Below are positions 6,931 to 15,326 of a stretch of DNA of 17,728 nucleotides, piece by piece. Made by a program: the position numbers and the translations under genes. The notes beneath the pieces were generated by a model. That model was given only the letters and a program-made list of their open reading frames with translations. It was not told the DNA's origin and did no database searches. The stretch comes from an uncultured bacterium (lineage in GTDB: Bacteria > Babelota > Babeliae > Babelales > RVW-14), in assembly GCA_963759805.1 (NCBI GenBank), contig CAVXAT010000013.1, positions 1 through 17,728 on the forward strand, given 5' to 3'. Position 1 is the first letter of the stretch, and each line of letters starts with the position of its first letter.

Positions 6931-7773
6931 TTATGAAACAACCGGAACCGGTTTTTGTTTAGCCCAAGCATCAAGCTCTATTAAATAAGTCAAAAAGCCT
7001 TCAAGTTCAGAAAGCCTTATCATATTTGGTCCGTCACTCAGTGCCGCCTCAGGATGGTCGTGCACTTCCAAGAAAAGTCCCGCAATTCCCTGAACAACCG
7101 CCGCTGCAGCAAGACTAGGTACAAAAATTCTGTCTCCACCGGTAGCCATGTCCATACCACCCGGTCTTTGAACGGCATGTGTTGCATCAAATACAACCGG
7201 TTTGCCTAGTGACTTCATGATTAAAAAATTACGATAGTCCACAACCAAGTTATTATAACCGAATGTGTAACCACGTTCACAAATCCAGATATTTTTATTA
7301 CCTGCAGATTCTACCTTTTTAACAGCATGGTCAATCGCTTCGGCCGCAACGAACTGCCCCTTTTTTATATGAATAACCTTATCAGTCTGCCCTGCAGCTA
7401 CTAAAAGGTCGGTTTGTCTGCAAAGAAATGCCGGAATCTGTAAAACATCCGCTATTTCTGCCGCCCTTTCTACCTGCCAACTCTCATGTACATCGGTAAT
7501 GATTGGAATGCCTAGCTCAGACCGAACCTTGCCTAAAATTCTTAGTCCATCATCAATTCCACTGCCCCTGTAATTTTTCAGTGAAGTACGATTAGCTTTA
7601 TCATAGGAACTCTTGAATACAAACTTAAAATTAAGCTTTAACGAAAGTTTTTTTAAAATCTCAGCAATTTTGAGCGTATGATATTCACCCTCAATAACAC
7701 AGGGCCCTAAAATAAAAAAAAGAGGGGATGCGTTGGAAATTTGGCCCTTGAGCCATGAAAAATCTTCTCTCAT
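6931..7773 (-). CDS. kdsA: 3-deoxy-8-phosphooctulonate (KDO8P) synthase
   Basis: GPCVIE, KSSYDKANRTS, QIPAFLCRQTDLL, KKGQF, ERG, DATHAVQRPG, GLFLEVH, ALSDGP. The Cys in GPC suggests the metal-dependent class. Confidence 0.97.
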   Translation of the reverse strand: MREDFSWLKGQISNASPLFFILGPCVIEGEYHTLKIAEILKKLSLKLNFKFVFKSSYDKANRTSLKNYRGSGIDDGLRILGKVRSELGIPIITDVHESWQVERAAEIADVLQIPAFLCRQTDLLVAAGQTDKVIHIKKGQFVAAEAIDHAVKKVESAGNKNIWICERGYTFGYNNLVVDYRNFLIMKSLGKPVVFDATHAVQRPGGMDMATGGDRIFVPSLAAAAVVQGIAGLFLEVHDHPEAALSDGPNMIRLSELEGFLTYLIELDAWAKQKPVPVVS

Positions 7774-7777
7774 AATT

Positions 7778-8338
7778 TTACTCCGGTTTTACTAATCCAT
7801 TTTGTTTACAAAATTCATCTAAAAGTCCATTAACAAATTTATATGCATCCTTTTCTGCAAAGATTTTTGCAAGTTCTACAGCCTCATTTATAACTATTGA
7901 TGGAATTGGATCAGGTTGCAAGAGTTCCCACAAAGCCAGACGCAAGATCAGACGTGTACAACAGCCAAGCCGTTCCAATTTCCAATTTTTAAGGAACGGA
8001 ACCATTTTAGAATCAAGCATATCGCGGTTGTCAACAGTGCCCTGAGCCATTTTAAATGCAAAAGAATTTTTCGGAATTACCAAATCAAAACCACGTGAAA
8101 AGTTGTCAATCACAGATTCTAAACTTATATCATAATCAAAGCGATCAACCGCATAAATCAGTAAAAAAGAAACAACCCGCTCATCCTTGCGTGAATCAAG
8201 ATTTATCTGTTTTAAATAATCCTCAATTTCAAACTCAACCGGCTGTTCCTCTTGTTCCGATATTTTAGACTGCTCTTTTTCTAACTCTCCATCAACGGGA
8301 TTTGAATTAAGATCATCTGCCCCAAATTTTTCGTTCAT
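7778..8338 (-). CDS. nusB: transcription antitermination factor NusB with acidic N-terminal extension
   Basis: NWKLERL, ILRLALWEL, IVINEAVELAKIF, FVNGLLD. Confidence 0.93.
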   Translation of the reverse strand: MNEKFGADDLNSNPVDGELEKEQSKISEQEEQPVEFEIEDYLKQINLDSRKDERVVSFLLIYAVDRFDYDISLESVIDNFSRGFDLVIPKNSFAFKMAQGTVDNRDMLDSKMVPFLKNWKLERLGCCTRLILRLALWELLQPDPIPSIVINEAVELAKIFAEKDAYKFVNGLLDEFCKQNGLVKPE

Positions 8339-8340
8339 GC

Positions 8341-8904
8341 TTAATCAACTTTTTCAATGTATTTATCTTCTCTGGTATCAACTTTAATCTTTTGGCCTTC
8401 GTTTAAAAAAAGAGGAACTTGGATAACAAGGCCCGTTTCGAGCGTAGCCGGTTTGGATCCACCTTGAGCCGTATCTCCTTTAACTCCGGGAACTGTTTCT
8501 TTAATTTGCAATATCATGAATATCGGTGGTTCGACTGAAATTGGTCTGCCTTGAAAATTAATAACATTATATATTTCGCTCTCTTTCAGATATTTTTTTA
8601 CAGATACCACATGCTCTGCATCCAAATCAATCTGTTCATAAGTCTCTTTGTCCATGAAGTGGTACATCTGGCCGTCTGTATACAAAAACTGCATCTCCTT
8701 GTATTCCAAATCAGGTTCCGGGAATTTTTCGGCTGACCTAAATGTCTCTTCAAGCATTCTTCCGGATATCATATTTTTCATTTTGGTACGAAGGTATGTA
8801 CCGCCTTTTCCCGGTTTTACAAGCTGATAATCAACTACAACCCATGGTTCATTATTCCAAAGTATCTTTGTAAACCCTTTTTTAAAATCCGAAGTTGAAA
8901 TCAC
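8341..8904 (-). CDS. efp: elongation factor P
   Basis: VKPGKGG loop, TFRSAEK, PGVKGDTAQGGSKPATLETG, VPLF, VDTR. Likely start is GTG at 8904 (GAAAGG SD upstream); the ORF track starts at 8919. Confidence 0.96.
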   Translation of the reverse strand: MISTSDFKKGFTKILWNNEPWVVVDYQLVKPGKGGTYLRTKMKNMISGRMLEETFRSAEKFPEPDLEYKEMQFLYTDGQMYHFMDKETYEQIDLDAEHVVSVKKYLKESEIYNVINFQGRPISVEPPIFMILQIKETVPGVKGDTAQGGSKPATLETGLVIQVPLFLNEGQKIKVDTREDKYIEKVD

Positions 8905-9080
8905 AACGAAACCTTTCATTTTTCAAAATTAGTCGACAAGACCATTTAACCCCCAGTATTAACCATTAAGCCCTAACTTTAGCATAATAAATAAACAATG
9001 AAAAGATTAGAAATTAAAGCCTTAAGTGACTACTCGGCGCGCAAAAACATGCAAACTGAAATTTAACTTTTTTTACTACT

Positions 9081-9620
9081 CTATTGACTGGACTTTTTAT
9101 TTTGAATGGGACTGAAATTAGCCATGACACCTTCGAGTGCCCCAGTTATCTCGTCAACCGGAAATATAAACCGTAAACGACCCCTTTGTTCGGGTTTCAA
9201 TTCTTTCGGCAAAATATAGGCTGCATTTACAATCTTATCTGCAACTGATTTATCCACATTTATCGCATAATAAGCTTCCCTTTTTTCTTTATTCAATCTA
9301 ATGGATATTAAAATTCTAACGAAACAATCGCTAGAAATCTTAGCCGTGTAAACAATGTATCGAACTTTCGAAAAAATTCCATACCCACCATTTAAGTCAA
9401 GATAACCATCGTAATCAAATGTGGCACCGGCAATATCTAAACTTGGTAAAGCGTCAGGGAAGGTATCTACACCAGAAAGCTTAAACTCAGAGTCCCCAGG
9501 TAAATTTCCGTCAAAAACACCCTGAATAAAACTATACGTTGACGACATACACAGCAGATTTTCTTGAAAAATAACAATTCCAAACAGCATACAAAAAACA
9601 CCAAATAATTTGCTCTTCAT
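9081..9620 (-). CDS. hypothetical exported protein
   Basis: 179 aa ORF with GAGG SD and signal-like N-terminus MKSKLFGVFCMLFGIVIF. No family recognised. Confidence 0.7.
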   Translation of the reverse strand: MKSKLFGVFCMLFGIVIFQENLLCMSSTYSFIQGVFDGNLPGDSEFKLSGVDTFPDALPSLDIAGATFDYDGYLDLNGGYGIFSKVRYIVYTAKISSDCFVRILISIRLNKEKREAYYAINVDKSVADKIVNAAYILPKELKPEQRGRLRFIFPVDEITGALEGVMANFSPIQNKKSSQ

Positions 9621-9724
9621 TTATAGCCTCATACTAAATTCATTATATTTAAACTTATTATGTTTAAATTTTACCCAAATAATACACAAATGAATATTTA
9701 TTTTGAAACAAAAAACTGCAACTC

Positions 9725-9753
9725 TTGTATTTATAATCTATATTTTATACGAT
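9725..9753 (+). promoter_or_regulatory. putative sigma70 promoter for the aldolase-LOG genes
   Basis: TTGTAT-N17-TACGAT. The AT-rich context makes chance matches possible. Confidence 0.35.
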
Positions 9754-9811
9754 CAAATCATATTATTGGTAAAGCTTTTAAAATTAAATTCTGGAAAGGC
9801 CTAAAAGTACC

Positions 9812-10767
9812 ATGAAAACTTTAAAAATTAAAAATGTCTTAGTTCCCCTGTCTGTTCCACAGAAAAACAAAAAATTTTATATAAAAAACTATTTAGCAGC
9901 CACAAAAAATACCGGCCGTCTTTTCTTATTCGCCGGTGACCAAAAAATTGAACATCTTAATCAAGATTTTTACGGCCCGGATATTTCAATTCAAGATGCC
10001 ACTCCTAAACACATGTTTGATATAGCAAGCAAAGGTAATGTTGGTGCTTTTGCAACCCAACTCGGCCTAATTACCAGATATGGACAAGATTATCCGAATG
10101 TTAACTACATTGTAAAATTAAACGGAAAAACAAACATTGTGCCTGTTGACCAAAAAGATCAAGTAAGTCTTGCAATTACAACAGTTGATGAGGTAATGGA
10201 ATTTAAAAATAACTCAAAGCTTGAAATTGTCGGAGTTGGTTACACAATTTATCTGGGAAGCGAGCAGGAAGCCATAATGCTGAGCCAGGCGGCACAAATT
10301 GTTTATCAAGCTCATAAAAATGGGCTACTTGCCGTTTTGTGGATTTATCCACGAGGTAAACATATAAAAAACCAAAACTCTGCGGAAATAATTGCAGGTG
10401 CTGCAGGAGTTGGTGCTTGCTTGGGCGCAGATTTTATAAAGGTTAATCCGCCGGAAGCACCAAACCCTGCTCTTATGGGCAAGCTACTCAAACAGGCAAC
10501 ATTAGCAGCAGGCAGATCTGGGGTCATATGTTCTGGGGGCCCCCAAGAAAGTCCCGATATTTTGCTTGAAGCTTTATACCAACAAATTCATGTTGGTGGA
10601 CAGTTGGAACAGCAATCGGAAGAAATTTGCACCAACGAGATTTAAATATGGCTTTAAAACTTTCAAAAGCAATATCTGCAATAATATTTGAGGATGCTGA
10701 CGTAAAAACGGCAAAAGGATTACTAAAGTTTTGTCATCCTGAATTTATTTCAGGATCTAACTTATGA
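9812..10767 (+). pseudogene. class I fructose-bisphosphate aldolase (DhnA/FbaB family), frameshifted near 10600
   Basis: AGDQKIEH, GYTIYLGSE, LWIYPRG, Schiff-base ADFIKVN, CSGG. After QIHVGG the conserved continuation VGTAIGRNLHQR...AISAII is in another frame ending at TGA 10765-10767, implying one missing base. Could be a true pseudogene or a sequencing error. Confidence 0.85.
10733..10758. repeat. palindromic repeat GTCATCCTGAATTTATTTCAGGATCT within the aldolase 3' end
   Basis: Stem ATCCTGAA (10736-10743) / TTCAGGAT (10749-10756). Encodes the CHPEFISGS tail in the corrected aldolase frame. Confidence 0.6.
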
Positions 10768-10777
10768 GGGATCCGAA

Positions 10778-11518
10778 ATGCTAAAACGAAGATTATCAGA
10801 GTATTTCAAATTTCTAAAAAGTTTAATGCGAACAAACTGGCTGCTTCTATGGGGAATGTGGAAACTCACAAAGCTGCCTCAGCCTGCCATTACCGTTTTT
10901 GGTGGATCACGAGTCCCTCTGGAAGGAAAAGCAGCTCAAGACGCAAGAAAAATTGGATACATGCTTGCACGGGAAGGATTTTCGATCATAACAGGCGGAG
11001 GTCCAGGAATAATGGAATCCGCAAATATGGGTGCCGTTGAGTATGTCTCAGAAAATTTAAAAGAGTGTAAGTTGAATGGTGACCAAAAATGCAAGCCTCT
11101 TTTTATTTCTGCCGGAATAAATCTGATAAAATTAAATAGGGAACGGGCAAACCCTTACGTTCAAGATAACATTATGACGGGACATTTCTTTGCACGAAAG
11201 TGGCTTTTGGTAAGATACTCTGTTGGATTCGTAGTTTTTCCCGGTGGATTTGGAACAATGGATGAACTTTTTGAAGTAGTTACACTCATCCAATGTAACA
11301 GAATGTCAAAAGTTCCTATCGTTTTGATGCATAAAGATTACTGGGCTCCACTCGAACTGTGGATCAGAACAAGAGCTCTTGAAAACAACTTAATAAATCC
11401 TGAAGATATAAACATCATCTCTATAACAGATAGCGTAGAAGAGGCCGTAAATATCATAGTAACTCAAAGCAGAAAGCACGTCGAATCTGTACTGCAGGAC
11501 GAAACTACAAAGCGCTAA
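10778..11518 (+). CDS. LOG-family (TIGR00730-like) nucleotide phosphoribohydrolase
   Basis: ITVFGGSR, IITGGGPGIMESAN, HFFARK, and the signature PGGFGTMDELFE. Confidence 0.92.
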   Translation: MLKRRLSEYFKFLKSLMRTNWLLLWGMWKLTKLPQPAITVFGGSRVPLEGKAAQDARKIGYMLAREGFSIITGGGPGIMESANMGAVEYVSENLKECKLNGDQKCKPLFISAGINLIKLNRERANPYVQDNIMTGHFFARKWLLVRYSVGFVVFPGGFGTMDELFEVVTLIQCNRMSKVPIVLMHKDYWAPLELWIRTRALENNLINPEDINIISITDSVEEAVNIIVTQSRKHVESVLQDETTKR

Positions 11519-12086
11519 TTTTAAATTCGTACAATCTTGTATAAACCGGACCTTCCAGCGTAAGCCTGGATTCCATCAACTCAATTGTATCGATTTTTAG
11601 ATCATGAATTTGTGGCTGAACTAGCCCTGATAAAACAGGTCTGTTATTTGAACTCGCTTGCGATTTCAATCGAGCAAGAGTAACGTGAGGGATAATATCT
11701 TTTGAATCATTGCCCGTATCTTCTAAAATAAAATGCTTTAATTTTTGATAAGTAGATCGGCTTAAAACGTTATAACTTTCGTTTTTTTCATACTCCGCCC
11801 AAATCATGCGTGCATTATCTGACGCAGGAGCAAAAACAATCTCTTTAAATTTAAGCGAGAATGGCTTGAGCAACCTAAAAACTTCCTCCACTGCTTCCAA
11901 AATTTCCGGAACTAAAGTATCCTGCACATCTCCCATGAATAAAAGTGTCACATGCCAATTTTCAGGCGACAGCCATCTCACCTTTTCACTTTTTTCTTGA
12001 TCGATTTTTATCTGCTTAACAGCTTTTACAAGCTGGTCTGAAATATCATTTGATAATGGAATTGAGAAAAATAATCTTTTTTTCAT
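11505..12086 (-). CDS. thpR: RNA 2',3'-cyclic phosphodiesterase (2H phosphoesterase, LigT/ThpR family)
   Basis: RLFFSI, two HxT motifs (NWHVTLLFMG, PHVTLARLK), LMESRL..GPVY. Overlaps the LOG gene convergently by 14 nt. Confidence 0.92.
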   Translation of the reverse strand: MKKRLFFSIPLSNDISDQLVKAVKQIKIDQEKSEKVRWLSPENWHVTLLFMGDVQDTLVPEILEAVEEVFRLLKPFSLKFKEIVFAPASDNARMIWAEYEKNESYNVLSRSTYQKLKHFILEDTGNDSKDIIPHVTLARLKSQASSNNRPVLSGLVQPQIHDLKIDTIELMESRLTLEGPVYTRLYEFKISAL

Positions 12087-12092
12087 AGAATT

Positions 12093-14741
12093 TTAATTTA
12101 AAGTAACAGTCCCGGTCACAATCTCTTCCGTCTGCTCTTTTTCTCGTTTTTTCTTTACCTTTTCCTCATACTTGGCCAACTCTTCCGAAACTTTATAATA
12201 TGAATCACCTTTTATATTAACCATTCTAGGCATTGATTTTGCAAAAACAAAATCATCAAGCGGCCTAATAACTCCCCTCTTAACATCGGAAAGTTTCTGT
12301 TTAATTGATTGGTCAGGCGGCTTGAAAAACCAACGTTGAATTGGATCTTTGTCTTCTAAGAACGTATCAGTTTTCAAAAGTTGATATTTTGCATAATCAA
12401 GTTTGAGTTGTGTATACTCATCAGCAGCACCTTCAAATCGTGGTTTGATTACACTTGGACGGATAAAAATATAAAGATTTGATTCGGTTATCTGTTTATC
12501 TTTATTTTTGAAAAATATTGAACCGATAACCGGAATATCTCCAAGTATTGGAGTCTTATATGTAGTTTCATTATCCTCTCTCTTGGTAAGACCGCCCAAC
12601 ACCAAAACCTCACCGGCAAGCATACTCGCCTTAGTTTTTAGACTTCGATTGAGCTTGTTTCCATTTTCCGGTGGAGCAATAAATGAATCCACTGTAACTT
12701 TTATATCCAAGTCTACAACACCAACAAGATTCATTTTGGGGGTTATTTCAACCACTATTGCCGCATTAACATCAACTTTTTTTAATTTACTAGGTTCACC
12801 TTTTCTCGAGTCAAGTTCTCCAGATACCCTGTAAGACGATGCAACCTCAACCCTACAAGGCTGATTGTTATTCGCTACCATAAACGGTTGCGCTATAATA
12901 TTAGTATTATCAGAATTTACAAGTGTCTTTATAACAGACCAGATATTTTGAGAAGGGTTTGTCTGAGTTGCAGCTCTTCCTAACGTAACAAAGGCAGGAT
13001 TTTGGTTACCTTGGTCAGAATCTGTTGGTATCTCCATATAATTTACCGGAGTAGCTGCCGTTGGGTTTATAAATGCCGCATCGCTCAAATTCATGGTCTG
13101 AAATATAGTCTGTCCCATCCCAATTTGATGCCCAAAAATTTGATACATCTGTGAAGCAAGCTGTTTCTCTCTGTCAACTTCAACATCAATAATCATCACT
13201 TCAAATGCAATTTGCGGTTGCGGTTTATCCAATTTTGCTATTATCTTTTCAAGCCGCTTCCAATCATCACGATTACATGAGACAATGAGCCTGTTTCCAC
13301 CACCGCGTGTACTAGTATTATCATCTGCAACTGCAGCTTTTTCTGCAGAGATAATAACATCTTCAAAAAATTTGAACTCTCCAACCAAAACACTTTTATC
13401 TGAACCTTGTCCTTTAGGCGGCGCTATGATTTCGGTGAGTATAGGTTTTAAATCTTCAGCCTTGGCGTAGCGAATCTCTTTTACATGCAATCTTGATTCG
13501 GTTCCACCAATGGGTACATCAATATACTTATAAATAAAATCTGTAATCTTATTCAAATTTTTCTGTGTACCTAAAAGTATTAACCTATTCTTTATCGGAT
13601 CAGAAAAAATCTTTGTTGCCGATGAAAAGTATGCTCCCTCTTTTTTTGAATCCTTATCTGCAAAACGGATTATTCTCTCATCTTTGCCTGAAGTTGATTG
13701 CAAAATACCCTGAAATAAAGTTGACACATCATCTGCGTTCGCATTTCTCAACTGAATAATTTTAATCTGCTCACTCAGCCCACCGGTATCAAGTTGCTTG
13801 ACTATTTTCATTGCAGCTTTTATGTTAAAACATTTTTCTTTTATTATGCAGGCATTCAGATCGCCACTTATCAAGATTCCATCTTTATCAAGCATGCTAC
13901 CCAAAATATCTCTGGCCAACTCAGCTTTGATATTTTTAAACAGATAGATATAACGCACTACCATGTCACTGTTTGGCAAATCTTCCGGTTCAGTCCCTGT
14001 GCCTGATGAGTATACCGGTAATGGCTCGTAACGATTATCTTTATTTGAAACAACACGATAAACTTTGCCTACTTTGACCATGCTAAAACCGTTCATCTCA
14101 AGCAGTGTCAAAACAACGTTCCATGCACGATTAAGCGTCAGACCATTGCGAGTAGACATAGTCACGTTTGCCGCAGCCAGATCTTTATGCGGAATAATAT
14201 TTATTTTTTTCTGTTCCCCAATGTAATTGACTATACTTGCAAGCGAAGCATTATCAAAGTTGAGATAAATGTCGGCATCCTGCCCTTCGTCGACAATCTC
14301 GTTATCACTTTTGGGTTTTACAACTTCACCTCCAATAATACTTTCGCTTACCGGTGAATTAGTTTGTGAAACCGGTAACTGCTGAGGTACGGTTGCAGGC
14401 AAAGCAGGTTGAGTTAAAACGGCTTGAGGCGAAACGGACTGGGGTAAAGCAGCTTGTGATGCAACAGTTGGTATGCCAGCATCATTTTGCTGCACAATTT
14501 GTTGCTGCGCAGCTTGTTGCGCAACGGTTTGTCCTGTCGTAGCCTGATCCACTGCCGGCTGTGTTATATCCGAACTTTCAACCGCATCCTGAGCGACAGG
14601 CACCTGCGTAAAAGATACATTGGGAACAACGGGTGCCGCCTGGTCGTAACAAAACAAAACTACTGTATTTGATAATATCAAAACAATCATAGTAACTGTT
14701 TTTAAAAATTCTTTGCAAAAATTTGTGACCATGAAATTCAT
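12093..14741 (-). CDS. gspD: type II secretion system secretin (GspD-like) with long Q/P/A-rich N-terminal linker
   Basis: N0 domain IYLNFDNASLASIV...NIIP, N-domain repeats (IIQLRNANADDV, EIRYAKAEDL), IAKLDKPQPQIAFEVMIIDV, GEVLVLGGL, KTPILGDIPVIGSIFF, NLYIFIRPSVI. Start codon uncertain (14741 or 14732). Confidence 0.92.
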   Translation of the reverse strand: MNFMVTNFCKEFLKTVTMIVLILSNTVVLFCYDQAAPVVPNVSFTQVPVAQDAVESSDITQPAVDQATTGQTVAQQAAQQQIVQQNDAGIPTVASQAALPQSVSPQAVLTQPALPATVPQQLPVSQTNSPVSESIIGGEVVKPKSDNEIVDEGQDADIYLNFDNASLASIVNYIGEQKKINIIPHKDLAAANVTMSTRNGLTLNRAWNVVLTLLEMNGFSMVKVGKVYRVVSNKDNRYEPLPVYSSGTGTEPEDLPNSDMVVRYIYLFKNIKAELARDILGSMLDKDGILISGDLNACIIKEKCFNIKAAMKIVKQLDTGGLSEQIKIIQLRNANADDVSTLFQGILQSTSGKDERIIRFADKDSKKEGAYFSSATKIFSDPIKNRLILLGTQKNLNKITDFIYKYIDVPIGGTESRLHVKEIRYAKAEDLKPILTEIIAPPKGQGSDKSVLVGEFKFFEDVIISAEKAAVADDNTSTRGGGNRLIVSCNRDDWKRLEKIIAKLDKPQPQIAFEVMIIDVEVDREKQLASQMYQIFGHQIGMGQTIFQTMNLSDAAFINPTAATPVNYMEIPTDSDQGNQNPAFVTLGRAATQTNPSQNIWSVIKTLVNSDNTNIIAQPFMVANNNQPCRVEVASSYRVSGELDSRKGEPSKLKKVDVNAAIVVEITPKMNLVGVVDLDIKVTVDSFIAPPENGNKLNRSLKTKASMLAGEVLVLGGLTKREDNETTYKTPILGDIPVIGSIFFKNKDKQITESNLYIFIRPSVIKPRFEGAADEYTQLKLDYAKYQLLKTDTFLEDKDPIQRWFFKPPDQSIKQKLSDVKRGVIRPLDDFVFAKSMPRMVNIKGDSYYKVSEELAKYEEKVKKKREKEQTEEIVTGTVTLN

Positions 14742-14775
14742 GCTCCCTGCTTAGTTTTGTCAAAAGCCCCTGGCA

Positions 14776-15321
14776 TTAAATCCCACTTTTCAGAGTTTTT
14801 GTAGCTATAGTAATAGTAAATGATATTTTTTTGTCAGGTTCCTGTTTAACATTTAAACTTTTGATGTAAATTATCTCTTTTTTATAAAAATCTTCCAATA
14901 TGCTAACTAACTTTTCAGTAGTCTGGTCTTTGAAAGAGGCCGTCAAGTACTCCTCGTCAAATTTTTCACTTAACTCTTGAGTTCTAGTACTGCCCCAGCC
15001 CTGGCTAGGCAATCCATGAGCCTGACAAAATCCTTCAAAATAACTTTTAATATTAAAAGTTCTGTCTGCGTCAAGCATTGTCTGAATCCGTTGCTCTTCG
15101 ATTTCCATTTTTTGATTCTCTTCAAGAATATCTGTTGCCTTGTTTGCAAGAGACTCCAAACGCTTTATTTCCTGTAGTAATCCCTCACTTTTTGAGTGTA
15201 CAAAATATATCAAACCCAAAATACTCCCGCCTACACCTATGAGAAAAACAATAAAATATTGCTGAATCTGTTTTTTAGTCAAAGACTGAAGATAATTTAT
15301 AAAACTTAAAATAATTTCCAT
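14776..15321 (-). CDS. GspM/PilO-like inner-membrane platform protein
   Basis: Short N-terminus, single TM, coiled coil, and a ferredoxin-like C-terminal pattern (LVSILEDF...IYIKSLNV...ISFTITI). Lies between a GspL-like gene and the secretin. Confidence 0.7.
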   Translation of the reverse strand: MEIILSFINYLQSLTKKQIQQYFIVFLIGVGGSILGLIYFVHSKSEGLLQEIKRLESLANKATDILEENQKMEIEEQRIQTMLDADRTFNIKSYFEGFCQAHGLPSQGWGSTRTQELSEKFDEEYLTASFKDQTTEKLVSILEDFYKKEIIYIKSLNVKQEPDKKISFTITIATKTLKSGI

Positions 15322-15326
15322 CGCTT

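Noticed and set aside
10590..10610. Programmed ribosomal frameshift in the aldolase
   Set aside because: No X-XXY-YYZ slippery site or evident stimulatory structure at the shift point.
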